From assembly GCA_951406725.2 (NCBI GenBank), contig OX597829.1, positions 38,502,001 through 38,566,000 of the forward strand: a stretch of 64,000 nt of DNA, read 5' to 3'. This document shows positions 24,675-36,991 of the stretch, piece by piece; positions within the stretch are counted from its first letter, which is position 1, and each line of letters begins with the position of its first letter. The DNA comes from Octopus vulgaris (Eukaryota). The notes under the pieces are model-generated. The model did no database searches and was not told the origin of the DNA. It worked only from the letters and a program-made list of their open reading frames with translations. The position numbers were made by a program, and so were the translations under genes.

Positions 24675-24878
24675 GGATATGTAAATGTGTTTCACTGTGC
24701 AAGCAGTGTCTTTTTGTTTCTTATGTAAAAAACATGTCTGGTCATGGGGAAATATTAGCTTTCTTGGAAACAAGTGAGGGTTGGTGACAAGAAAGGCATT
24801 CAGCTGTAGAAAATCTACCTCAACAGATTGCATTCTAACACATGCAAGCATAGAAAAGTGGCTGTTAAGATGATGATA
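24675..24878 (+). mobile_element. SINE family E 3' module (family C-like tail)
   Basis: GAGGGTTGGTGACAAGAAAGGCATTCAGCTGTAGAAAATC ... GTTAAGATGATGAT. Similar to 44790-45025 and 58150-58370. Confidence 0.65.
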
Positions 24879-26046
24879 TAGGTAGGGTATGAATATGAAA
24901 ACAGCATAATAACTGGAGCATGAGTTATGATTAAAAATCATGACAACCATGAAAAAAACTTTTCATGTCATTGTTTGCTACTTTATGTATAATTTGAAAA
25001 AAAAAAAAAAAAAAGCCCTGTTAAATGCAGCCCACACCCTACACAACGTGCTTTCACTTCAATAGCACAATTTGTATAGTACTTTCTCTGCACAGAACAC
25101 ATCTACCATACAATGCCACTCAATAAAATATTGACTCACGCAACACATTCAGTACAGAATCACCACCAATATGATACAAAGCACACTCTGTGCAATCACC
25201 ACCCAGTGAAATAATAGAAAATGCTATTACGTAATCAGTACCTCAACGCCATAACACATAATAACACAGCACATACTTTACACACTCAACACCCAAATCT
25301 AAAACATGTAACACAACTCATGCAACATATACGATAGCCAATCATCTCCACCCCATAAAATAACACCACATATTCTTACATAATCGATACCTGATACTAT
25401 AACATCAACAACTCCCGTTTTATATGGGTTCCCAACCATTAATATAATGTAATAAAGCAACAAAACAGCACAACACACACACACACACACACACAAACAC
25501 ACATTGCACACATTCTACACAAAAGAAAGAAATACTAAAATAACACCTGTAATAACAAAACAAATTCCACAACAAAGCAAAAACTGGTGTAACATACAAA
25601 CATAGTATTTCACCTGCAACAGACAATGCTGCACACACCCGAGGAAAATGGAGCAGCACCTGGTGGTGCAGTTGAAACTCACATAAAACTTGAAAACCTG
25701 AAGATGATGATGATAATTTCATACAAAAGAGGCAGACAATCTGGTTGCTAGCTTCTTTTCGTGCTTCCCTTTATAATTTCTTTTCAATTTTTTGTCTTGT
25801 CTTTGTTTCTCGTTAGTGCTTTCTTTTTTCTGGCTTTTCTCTCTTTTTTTTTTTGTTTTTCTCGCTTCATTTTTTCTCACTTTCATCTACTCTCTCCCAC
25901 TTCCTTCAGTCTTTCTCTCTTTTCATTCGTCTTGCTTGTTTGTCTAACCCTCTTTATGGCATTTCTCTATTCCTGACTCCTTTCTGTTTTTAAATGACAT
26001 CATTTAGATGTTTGGTATTAAAGTGAAATAATTATACAGCTATAGA

Positions 26047-26208
26047 TGCAGGCATGCCTGCGTAATAGGAAGCTTGCTTCCCTACCACATGGTTCGGGGC
26101 CCAGTCCCACTGCATAGCACCTTGAGCAAGTGTCTTCAGCTATATATAGCCTTGGGCCAACCAAAAGCCTTGTGAGTGGATTTGGTAGACAGAAACTGAA
26201 AGAAGCCA
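26047..26208 (+). mobile_element. SINE family A head
   Basis: tRNA-like head and CORE-like region up to the microsatellite. Duplicated 3' ends follow at about 26600-26666 and 26725-26805. Confidence 0.8.
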
Positions 26209-26242
<34 letters not shown>

Positions 26243-26250
<8 letters not shown>

Positions 26251-26556
26251 GTTGTATACTGTCAATCTAACGTGAACGTGACAGTAGGGGATTATACCAC
26301 CGCTGTTTAGCCCTAGGAAGCATTGACGCTTCCTGATGGCTTCGCCACATTTTTTTTTCCTGTGTTCTTATATATTTACGAAGGACACAGGAAAAAAAAA
26401 TGTTTCGAAGTCATCAGGAACCTTCAATGCTTCCTAGGGCTAAACAGAGGTGGTGTAATCCCCTACTGTCATGTTCACGTTAGATTGACAGTATACAACC
26501 ATTCTATCGCTCCACCACCGTACGTATCTCTATGAGATATTTAGAAATTTAATATT

Positions 26557-26560
<4 letters not shown>
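26243..26560. mobile_element. Foldback element with arms of about 127 bp and a one-sided tail
   Basis: Arms 26243-26369 and 26381-26507 around an 11-nt spacer. Related to 23094-23366. Confidence 0.75.
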
Positions 26561-26601
<41 letters not shown>

Positions 26602-26665
26602 TTTTGTTTAACTGAAACTCCTTTAGGTGGTGCCCTAGCATGGCCACAGTCAGATGACTGAAACA

Positions 26666-26697
<32 letters not shown>

Positions 26698-27023
26698 ATA
26701 TATATATACACATGCACACACACACATTTTGTTTAACTGAAACTCCTTAAGGTGGTGCTCTAGCATGGCCACAGTCAAATGATTGGAACAAGTAAAATAA
26801 TAAAGATATAAAGAAAATCAATAAAAAGAAGTCACTTCCCATAAAGCATCTTGGAAGATTTCCAGAACATGTATGTACAGTGGCTATGGATACAATAAGT
26901 TAAGAACCTATACATCACCTCAGTATAAAGTGTTCATATTTCTAGAAACATTTGAAATATTGAAAACTGTAAAACATTTGGCAAGTATAAGAGACCTAAA
27001 TTTATAGAATTTTTGGCAGATGT

Positions 27024-27564
27024 TTAACCCTTTAGCATTTAAACAGAGCATACTTGGCCTAACCTGTTTAAGTTTGAACTGACCAGATCAAGCTTATCAC
27101 ACCTACTCTACAATGTCATACTAAAAATAAACATCATCACTGAAATCTTGAAGCTGCAAACTAATATATAATATATTGTAAACAATGTAAAGAAAAAAAA
27201 ATTACATCATCATCATTGTTCGACCGTGGTCGAGACAATGGAATCTACCATGCTACACCAGACTTCACGGTCCATCATAGCATTACGAAGGTCCTGTTGC
27301 TGGATGCCTGTATCCCTGGAGATTACATCAGGGTAGGAGAGTGTGCACCCTCTGGTATCGCAAGCAGATGGCTTCCAGAGGAGAAGAGTAGAAATTACCT
27401 TGTTTTCAGCTCTAAACAATGTCCAGCAAACTGGACTCTTCTACCTTTCACAAGAGATGATACAGGTGGTAATTTCCCATATATTTCTACTTTGGTTGGA
27501 TGACGCTTCCATGAGAGATTTTGTAAAAATTACACCTGTCAGAGTAATCTGAATGCTAAAGGTT
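27024..27564 (-). mobile_element. piggyBac-like MITE family 2, interrupted by an RTE fragment
   Basis: TTAACCCTTTAGCATTTAAAC ... CAGAGTAATCTGAATGCTAAAGG. Confidence 0.7.
27207..27524 (-). mobile_element. RTE-clade LINE 3' fragment
   Basis: NLSWKRHPTKVEIYGKLPPVSSLVKGRRVQFAGHC ... LLLWKP ... AMMDREVW. (TGA)n tail. TSD AAAAATTACA at 27197-27206 and 27525-27534. Confidence 0.85.
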
Positions 27565-27664
27565 TGGTGTACTAAAAGCTATGAAAGCATGCCAGCACAA
27601 CAGGTAAGAAGCCTTAAATGAAAAGGAAGATTTTTAGAATACTTTTAATGTCGTCAGCATTGTT

Positions 27665-27870
27665 GTATTAAGGATCACTTTTCCATGCTTGCATGAGTTA
27701 AATGGAATTTGCTGAGGCAGATGTCCTTCCTGTTATTAACACACTTGTTTCTGAGCAAGTTAATCTTTCTCCATGACCAGACAGGTTTTCTCAAAAGACT
27801 GGGAACAAATGACATACTTTGTATGATGGTCGACACTCCTTTACAACTACCATACAATGTTATAACAAGG
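27665..27870 (-). mobile_element. SINE family E 3' module
   Basis: Reverse match to 24675-24878. Confidence 0.6.
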
Positions 27871-27892
27871 AAGCCTAATCACACACACTCAC

Positions 27893-27924
<32 letters not shown>

Positions 27925-27930
<6 letters not shown>

Positions 27931-28778
27931 GTATATATATGTGTATACATATATGTATATATATGTGTATACATATATGTATATATATATGTATATATAT
28001 ATGTATATATATGTGTATATATATATGTGTATATATATATGTGTATATATATATGTGTATATATATATGTGTATATATATATGTGTATATATATATGTGT
28101 ATATATATATGTGTATATGTATATGTGTATATGTATATGTGTATATGTATATGTGTATATGTGTATATGTATATATATATATGTATATATATATATATGT
28201 ATATATATATATGTGTATATATATATGTGTATATATATATGTGTATATATATATGTGTATATATATATGTGTATATATATATGTATATATATATATGTGT
28301 ATATATATATGTATATATATATATGTGTATATATATATGTATATATATATATGTGTATATATATATGTATATATATATATGTGTATATATATATGTGTAT
28401 ATATATATGTGTATATATATATGTGTATATATATATGTGTGTATATATATGTGTGTATATGTGTGTGTATATATGTGTGTATATATGTGTGTATATATGT
28501 GTATATATATGTATATATATGTGTGTATATATATGTGTGTATATATATGTGTATATATATATGTATGTGTATATATATATGTGTGTATATATATATATGT
28601 GTATATATATATGTGTGTATATATATATATGTGTATATATATGTGTATATATATATGTGTATATATATATATATATATATGTGTATATATATATGTGTAT
28701 ATATATATATATATGTGTATATATATATGTGTATATATATATATATATATGTGTGTGTATATATATGTATATATATGT
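27925..28778. repeat. Long compound (TA)n/(TG)n microsatellite
   Basis: About 850 bp of TATATATATATGTG-type units. Confidence 0.95.
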
Positions 28779-28908
28779 ATTAAAAACTATAAAATATAGT
28801 GATATAAAAAAGGCCTAACTCTTTTGGAAGATTTCTGGAACATATCTGTGTTAAAACTATAAACTTTACTAATCTTTTACTAGTTCTTATCATTGGGTTG
28901 CAGCCATG

Positions 28909-29132
28909 TTAACCTTTTGATACTAACCCGGCTGAAACTGCCTCTGGCTCTAAAATGTCTTGTTTTTAAAAGTTCTGAATTAAAATCTTCCACCAAACCT
29001 TAGTCACAATTTATGTTCCAGCTTAAGTTATTATTAATAACTAAGCTATTTTGCTAAATTCTTTGTTGTATTTAAAATTAATTGAAAAAAACACAGAGCA
29101 TCTCAAGATAAATAAGGTAACGAAAGGGTTAA
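28909..29132 (+). mobile_element. piggyBac-like MITE family 1, intact
   Basis: TTAA-CCTTTTGATAC ... GTAACGAAAGGG-TTAA, inserted into an old SINE A tail. Confidence 0.85.
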
Positions 29133-29154
29133 GGTACAACCTTCAGTGGTCGAT

Positions 29155-29440
29155 ATTTGACTTGACTTTGACTTCAGACAGCATTCACCCGGGATGGGTT
29201 GAGCTGGCTTCATTCATCCTCAATGCTGCATCTCTCACAAACGCTGACCAGAACTGGCGATTTGAGGCTAACGACCGCGTGATCTCCAACCACTCCTTAT
29301 TCCAGTGGCAAACGCCGTAGATATGGGGGCCTAGGTTGGGTTCCAGATCAGCCTTGACCCTCATCAGCTAGGTTTTTCGTTGTCCACCACATCACTTTTG
29401 CCAACCCTGAAGGGGAGCTGGGGCAATTGCTTCGTAGATG
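29155..29440 (-). mobile_element. RTE-clade LINE 3' fragment, second family
   Basis: GWQK*CGGQRKT*LMRVKADLEPNLGPHIYGVCHWNKEWLEITRSLASNRQFW ... EASSTHPG*. (AAGTC)n tail. Confidence 0.7.
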
Positions 29441-29791
29441 AAATATAGACCATCTACGAAGGTCTATATTTCATATCGTCCCATCATTGAACCTGATAAC
29501 TGTTTTAACAATCTCTATCAAATACTCAAATCAATCGTTGGTGTAATTTTTACTTAAAATGTACTTTTGGTCAATGTACAAACTTTGCATACCATATCAT
29601 ATGTGGTTCATTCTCACTATGTAGCAATTTCTATACCCTCGGGCTGAACAAAATCTTTGTGAGAGATTTTGGTAGAAAGAAACTGAAAGAAGCCTCTGTG
29701 TGTGGGGGGAGTACATATAATATTTATGTCTGTGTATGTATCTCCTTGTCTTGACATCTTGTGGTAGTTGTAAGTGCCAACATTAATTCAT

Positions 29792-30180
29792 GGAGTGGCT
29801 GTATGGTAAGTAGCTTGCTTACCAACCACATGGTTCTGGGTTCAGTCCCACTGCATGGCACTTTGAGCGTCTTCTACTATAGCCTCAGGCCGACCAAAGC
29901 CTTATGAGTGGATTTTGTAAACGGAAACTGAAAGAAGCCCATCGTATATATGCATATATGTGTGTGTATATGTTTATGTGTCTGTGTTTGTCCCCAACAT
30001 CACTTGACAACCGCTGCTGGTGTCTTTACGTCCCGTAACTTAGCGGTTCGGCTAAAGAGACCGATAGAATAAGTACTAGGCTTACAAAGAATGAGTCCTG
30101 GGGGTCGATTTGCTTGATTAAAGGCGGTGCTCCAGCATGGCTACAGTCAAATAACTGAAACAAGTTAAAGAATAAAGAGT
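29792..30180 (+). mobile_element. SINE family A nested in an older family E copy (about 29585-30330)
   Basis: Near-consensus A copy with E-type sequence on both sides. Confidence 0.85.
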
Positions 30181-30440
30181 AATTCTCCAGAAAAACAAGT
30201 CATGCGAAAATATTGTAATTGGAAACAGTTGGGAGTTGATAACAGAAAGGGCATTCAGCAGTAAAAAAAAATCTCAACAAATTCCATTTGACCAATGCAA
30301 GCCTGGTAAAAATGGGTGTTAAAACCTGATAACCACAGCCTTTCTCTCAGTTTCTCTCTATCAAATTGAAGTTTCAAAGTACTGGCCAATTTCAGGTTAT
30401 AGTTGAACCTGAAACCACATGGTTGTTAAGATAACTTTGA

Positions 30441-30606
30441 ACCTATTTCTTTACTACCCACAAGGGGCTAAACACAGAGAGGACAAACAAGGACAGACAA
30501 ACAGATTAAGTCGATCATATTGACCCCAGTGCGTAACTGGTACTTGTTTAATCAACCCTGAAAGGATGAAAGGCAAAGTCGACCTTGGCGGAATTTGAAC
30601 TCAGAA
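30441..30606 (-). mobile_element. SINE family D, 5' truncated
   Basis: Matches 40017-40247. Confidence 0.85.
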
Positions 30607-32132
30607 AGCCAGACCTTTGCATATAAGATTTCCAGAGCTTGCTCAAAGAATAATAACAGTGAAAAAAAGAAAAAAAAGAAAATCACCAAACAGTAATAGA
30701 AACGCACTTATTTTCTGGTGTCTGACTTAACTGGAAAGGTGGAATGAAATTATATTTAAGTTATGTAGGAATGATGTCACATAACTTTTCCATCTTACTA
30801 CTTCTCAATGTGTGTGCACTTGGCTGTGCGTGTGCGTGCTTGCTTTTGTATGTGTATGTTTGTGTTCTTGTGTGTGTGTATGTTGGTCTGTGAATGTGCT
30901 TCCTTGTCTGTTTGTGTGTGTGTGTGCTTGCTTGTTTGTGAGAGTATGTTTGTGCCTCCCTGTCTGCATACGTGTATGTGTGCTTACGTGTATATGATTG
31001 TTTGCCTGTCTGTATGTGTCTATCTGTGTATGTGTCTGCATCAGTTTGTGTGTGTGTGTGTCTGTCTCTCTCTCTCTCTATTTGTGTATGTGTGGTCTAG
31101 CATTAGTTTGTGTAGAGAATCTTTCTTACCATAACAGCATCTCATCTATTTTTCTAATTGGTTTTCCAAATGGTATCAGCTTTCTCGACTTGAAACACCT
31201 CCTCCCATCCCACCTCCTGTACTGATTGACTATGAACTGTGTGAGGAAAGTAGATGGGGGAGTGATTGACCAAGAAGAGAAAGAGGAAGAGTGAGTGAGA
31301 AGATGATATATCAAGGAGTTTGCCATAATGACCTTTCACTTAGGTGTTGACTTTAATATACTTTATTTTTGTTTATTTACAAGCTAAGCTGTTTGTGTGT
31401 ATTTATTTATTCATTTATTTATTTATATAACTGAGACAATGTGCTTGTGGATAAGTTGTGAACAAATTTACACGTGTACATTCAATAAACATACATTTAA
31501 TGCTGCTGTGTAAGTAGACCCTGGGGTTAAAACCACAAGACCTTCTCTGTAGAATTAAGTGTATATCATCTTGACTAGTTTCTGCCTGTTTTTACAAGCC
31601 AGTCAGAAGTGTTAACTTGATTGGTTTTATAGGGAAACAGAGAGAGAGAGAAAGATCAGAGCTTACAGCTACTTATGAAAAACGCTGTGAACAATTGGCA
31701 CTGATTTTGCTCATAAGTACAAGCTGCATCATTCAGCCAGGGCATTGTCTTTGTAGAGTGAGGATAAATTCTTTTTTGTTAAATATGTAATTTTATTTAC
31801 AACATAGATGTGTGTGTGTGTGTGTGTGGTATATCTTCTCAAAAGTCAAACCATGAAATAATCTATATTTACATTCTTCTTTGGCCCACACTGAGACTCT
31901 AATGATTATATTTATTACAGTTTTTAATTTATGGCAGAGGTTGTTTCATAATTATGAGTCCTTGATACACAATGTAGACTATATTTATTCAGTGTATAAA
32001 GTTTGTGAGCCATTTCGTTGCTACCCAGTTCATTACCCAAAGAGATCCTAGACAAAATTCCATGCAATATTTATCACAAAGTATAAAGCAGTCGGGAGTA
32101 GATAGTCATTTACATACCCATGGCAGAGAAGC

Positions 32133-32177
<45 letters not shown>

Positions 32178-32437
32178 ACTCCAAGAAAGTTAGGGGTTGT
32201 GAATCCAACCCACTAAGGGATAATATCTATCCAATATACTGCCGGTAGAATACCCAATTTTTAATATACAAGTGTTTTTTATTGCATTGCAATTACATTA
32301 CCTTGTGTATTAAATGGGTGAAGGTAAAGAGATATTTTACCATTAATTTATATAGCAATAAGGAAATGGAGGGGATCAATAGGGGGTTCATCAACTTTTG
32401 GACATCACCTATTGCTCTCCTCCATTTTCTTATTTGC

Positions 32438-32810
32438 TATATATATATATATATATATATATAAAAGTCAAGTTGTGTGTCTGTCTCCGATTTAGATTCC
32501 TAACTACTCCCACATTTTGCGGTGCATATCGAGCCCTTCTGGGTATTAGCGCATTTCTACGATGAGTCAACGATTTAAAAAGAAATTTACCATAATTTTT
32601 TTCCATTTTAATGCATTTTTTTCGCTATTATATAAGGGAAGTAACTCTCTAAAAATATCTACGATGAGTCACCGATTTAAAAAAAAATTTACCATCATTT
32701 TTTTCCCATTTTTAATGCATTTTTTTGCTTTTTTTTGGCTATAACTCTCTAAAAATGCTTATATAGTTATTTCCCTTACAAACCCGAGCAACGCCGGGCG
32801 ATACTGCTAG
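32438..32810 (+). mobile_element. Non-autonomous Helitron
   Basis: 3' end ACCCGAGCAACGCCGGGCGATACTGCTAG followed by T. The 5' end merges into (TA)n-AAAAGTCAAG. Internal tandem duplication of about 100 bp. Confidence 0.8.
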
Positions 32811-33400
32811 TATATTATATATATATATGGTACAGAATGACAGCAATAAGAAAGAGGTTATGCATGAAATTGAATTACTGGCCACCAGGTATTGCCACCA
32901 AACCCTCCACATTTGTTTTTCCATGCTGACATAAGTTGCATGAGATTTTTACAGGCATTGTTTTACAGCTAGATACCTTTTCTCATGACGATCCCTTTAG
33001 TCACTTCTTACAAAACACAGGATGTAATGTATCAATTCTAAACTTGACATACACATAAAGACACAAAAACTCTGTTGGTTGACCATATTATTATACTCAT
33101 TGAACAATGCAGCAACCTTAACTAGATTTTTTTTCCCCATCCCTTAAGATTGTGTGGTTTACATTTTTCAAACGCCGTCATAGTTGAGGATTGTGTTGCC
33201 AACCACACAGTATTTAAGGTCATGGGGAAGTAATCTAATTTTCAAACACACAACCCTTACAGACTTTACATGCTTATAACACAGGCATGTGTTAAAGACT
33301 TTGCAATTTTTGCACAAAGTTAAAATAAATGTATAAAGAAAATCTACTTAAAAAAAAATTTATTTCCAATAAAACATCTTGGGAGATTTCCAGAACATGT

Positions 33401-33877
33401 TTAACCTTATTGTTACCATATTTCTTATTTCTTTACTGCCCACAAGGGGCTATACATAGAGGGGACAAACAAGGACAGACAAAGGGATTAAGTCAATTAC
33501 ATTGAACCCCAGTGCGTAACTGGTACTGAATTTATCTACCCTGAAAGGATGAAAGGCAAAGTCAACCTCGGCAGAATTTGAACTCAGAATGTAATGGCAG
33601 ATAAAATACCGCTAAGTATTTCGCCCAGTGTGCTAACATTTCTGCTGGCTTGCCGCCTTTTTGTTACCATATTTCTGTTGAAATATTGTGTCTTTGTTTC
33701 AATTCGTTTCCAAAATAAGGAATTTAGGAAAATATCTATTGTTAATAAACTGGAATTTGGAACGTAAATTAACATGAGGTTTTGAAGGAAGATTTTAATT
33801 TAGATCACTTTTTAAAAACAAGAAGTTTGCCATAAATCCAGGGGCTGTCTCAGGCAGATTGGTATCACGAGGGTTAA
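33401..33877 (-). mobile_element. piggyBac-like MITE family 1, interrupted by SINE D
   Basis: TTAACCTTATTGTTACC ... GGTATCACGAGGGTTAA. Confidence 0.8.
33426..33660 (-). mobile_element. SINE family D, full length
   Basis: TSD TTGTTACCATATTTCT at 33410-33425 and 33661-33676. Confidence 0.9.
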
Positions 33878-34200
33878 GATACTATATACAGTGGCTGTAG
33901 ATACAATGATTTCATAACTCCTGCAACATCTTATTAATATTTCAGTTTAAAGTGTTCATATTTCTAGAAATGTGTTTAGCCATTTCCTATGCCAACATGC
34001 TTCAGACCATTCTTGATTCTGTGATACAAACTTCTTGCTTTAATGTGATCTAAATTAAAACCTTCCTTAAATTGTGTGGCACCTTGGGCAAGTGTCTTCC
34101 ACTTTAGCCTCAGGCCATCCAAAGCCTTGTGAGTGGATTTGGTAGACGGAAACTGAAAGAAGCCCATCGTATATATGTATGTATATATATATATATATAT

Positions 34201-34560
34201 CCTTAAGACATGTCTTAAGGATGTATCATGTGCGGGGACATAGAAATAATCGGACTGAATACCCGATCGCACGGTTAAACCATTGGGAGTGAAGGACTCC
34301 TAGCCTTTGTTAGGGCATCCTTCTAGGAGAAGGTAACTGGGGATAACTCTGACATAAAACCTGCGGCTCAGTGGTTACCGATGATGTTGACTTGTTCTTC
34401 TTTTCGGATTATGGCTGCTGTTGCTTAGTAGTGGGATTGACTCAGTGCACAGCCTTTCCTCACTTTAAAAAAAAATCTTCATGCACAGGCATTGCATGAT
34501 AACAACATTCATTAAGCTTCGTGCAATGGCCATACTCGATAATGAGGGGGAAGCCACCAT
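34201..34560 (+). mobile_element. Probable bipartite non-autonomous RTE element inside the microsatellite of a SINE A (34074-34703)
   Basis: GGGCATCCTTCTAGGAGAAGG resembles RTE 5' UTR motifs (from memory). Tail TGGCCATACTCG...GCCACCAT is like 3650-3686. SINE A halves lie on either side. Confidence 0.5.
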
Positions 34561-34699
34561 ATATATATATGTATATATATATGTGTATATATGTGTGTAT
34601 ATATGTGTATATATGTGTGTGTGTGTATATATATATATATATACATGTATGTGTGTGTATATGTTTGTGTGTCTGTGTTTGTCCGCCTAACATCGCTTG

Positions 34700-34755
<56 letters not shown>

Positions 34756-35404
34756 AGCATAAAAACCCTAAGTCTATAGGAAATGCATGTAAATACATGT
34801 TTTATCTGATACAGTTTGATGCTAATAGCAGGGCATTTATGTATAGCAGGTTGTTGAAGTGACTGGATAAGCCTTTGAACTACTGGCTTACATGTCTCAT
34901 TCATATTCACTGCACTTCTTTTTTGCTGTGTACCTGGGCAGAGCATTTCATTAACTTAGACATGTACTAGACTTTTTTCAAAGGATTAATCACTTACAAT
35001 AAAATAGTATTCTATCTACAAGGAAGTTTATCTCTATGAACACTGGAGCTTACCACTGGATTTTGAGTAACTTGTGGTTTGCAAAAATATTAATCTGAAT
35101 AGTAATAGTAACCAGGTACCTGCCTTTCTCTCTTTTATACTAAAATTCATTTCAAGGAGTGGATCGTCTTTTATCGCAATCTAACAAATGAACGTCCTTA
35201 TCAATGGCTTTTAAATGGTGCACTGGTACACCCCAGAAAGGATCTAGACATACCATAGATTTTAAAAGATCCTAACTAATGCATGATTGTCTTGAAAAAT
35301 GAATTCATAATTTTTTTATACACAAATACAACAAATAAAACAAGATAAGCAATTATTTTTGGATATCATTTTGTTTCTGAATGTCTAACTTCAGAATATT
35401 TTTT

Positions 35405-35741
35405 TTATTCTTTTACTTGTTTCAGTCATTTGACTGCGACCATGTTGGAGCACTGCCTTTAGTCGAGCCTAGTACTTTATCGGTCTCTTTTGCTGAACAA
35501 CTAAGTTACAGGGGGCATAAAAAGACCAGTATTGGTTGTCAAGCAATGGTGGAGAACAAACACACATACAAATACACACACACACACACACATACGATGG
35601 ACTTCTTTCAGTTTCCGTCTACCAAATCCACTCGCAAGGCTTTGGTTAGTCCGAGGCTATAGTAGAAGACACTTGCCCAGGGTGCCACGCAGTGGGACTG
35701 AACCCGGAACCATGTGGTTGGGAAACAGCCACTCCTGTGCC
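35405..35741 (-). mobile_element. SINE family A with internal deletions
   Basis: Reverse match to family A. Confidence 0.85.
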
Positions 35742-36184
35742 TAGTTTTTTTTTTTTTAACTTTCCATATGAAGAGTACTAGGAATTTTTTTTTATTTGAT
35801 TCCCAGTGTATTTATACAGCTTCGTGTTACATGCTGACATGGGTTGCATGATTTGACAAGGTCCAGTTGGTTTAAGGTCTAATGCTCCAGTATAGTTTTT
35901 ATGACTTGATTCTCTTCCTAACACCAACCACTTTGCACCATATATTGAGTGCTTTATTTTTTTTTTTGGCTGCCACCAGAACTGGTGAGTTAGCTATGCA
36001 ACTTTCAAGACTATGAACCCAAAGGTGGAGAGGAACAGATTTATGACATGAAAGAAGGGACCAGGGCAGAACAGGTTTCTTGCTACATTTCAGAAGAGAG
36101 TGGAAGTGATCAGGTGGAACTAAAAAAAGATTAAAATATTGATGAGGTGTCTGGGTGAACCCTGTACCGAAAAGATTAAGAATC

Positions 36185-36340
36185 ACTGCCCTATATGGTC
36201 ATTCAACCTGCTGGAATGAACAATGCTAAATCTCCAAATCTGCCAAACCAAACCACACAATACTTCCTTAAACCAGGAAGGACCACATTTGGATGTTATG
36301 ATTCTGATTACATGTTGGTTACATGTGGAAATGATGGGAT
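36185..36340 (-). mobile_element. Old unclassified interspersed repeat (GATTTGGCTGCTATTTCTAGC family)
   Basis: Related segments at about 6560-6640, 22100-22160, 37915-37970, 48920-48990, 52090-52130 and 60855-61050. Confidence 0.5.
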
Positions 36341-36342
36341 GT

Positions 36343-36481
36343 TCATCATCATCATCATCGTTTAACATCTGTTTTCCATGCTAGCATGGGTTGGATGGTT
36401 CGACCGGGATCTGGGAAGCCAGAAGGCTGCACCAGGCTCCAGTCTAATCTGGCAGTGTTTCTACAGCTGGATGCCCTTCCT
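36343..36481 (-). mobile_element. Family C retroelement, 3' part
   Basis: Near-identical to the 1284 and 21118 copies. Confidence 0.8.
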
Positions 36482-36991
36482 ATACTTTTGAATATTGGTT
36501 TGCTTGCTTGATCAAGGTTGACTTTGGACAAATCCAGAACATACTTCATTTGCTTAGCAATATCAAAACTGCAGTGGGGAATTTATTGCATATGCATGAT
36601 GCCCACACATCTTCATGTGTGTGTATGTGTGGAGTGGGAGATGTATCCTTGCCAGCATAGAACATGGATGATGATGATACATTTTTCTTTGTTGATTTAC
36701 TTTGAAATTTATACACTTGCATTGTTGAAGATTACCTTCTGCCATTTCTGTGTTGTCATCTGCCTAAAATGTTAGTTTGTCAGACATTCTTTAGCTAAGG
36801 ATAAAGATTACTTAACTAATCCATTTTGTAATCTTTCTACCATTCTTAGTAAGAACATGGCAGTTGTGTTTCAGACACTTTAAAGCAAAAGAGAAACTAA
36901 GAATGGTGAAAATATGAAGTTTCATGGATTTATTAAGTAACAGTAGCCAGGTAGAATGAGCTAACTGTGTCAACTTATTCAATCCATCATT

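Noticed and set aside
25020-25720. CA/AAC-rich block (also 2220-2450 and 30808-31100)
   Set aside because: Decayed low-complexity sequence with no unit or coding signal.
27709-28818. Longest ORFs (369, 286 and 284 aa), plus the long ORFs at 5642-6307 and 40561-41315
   Set aside because: Stop-free only because they run through microsatellites.
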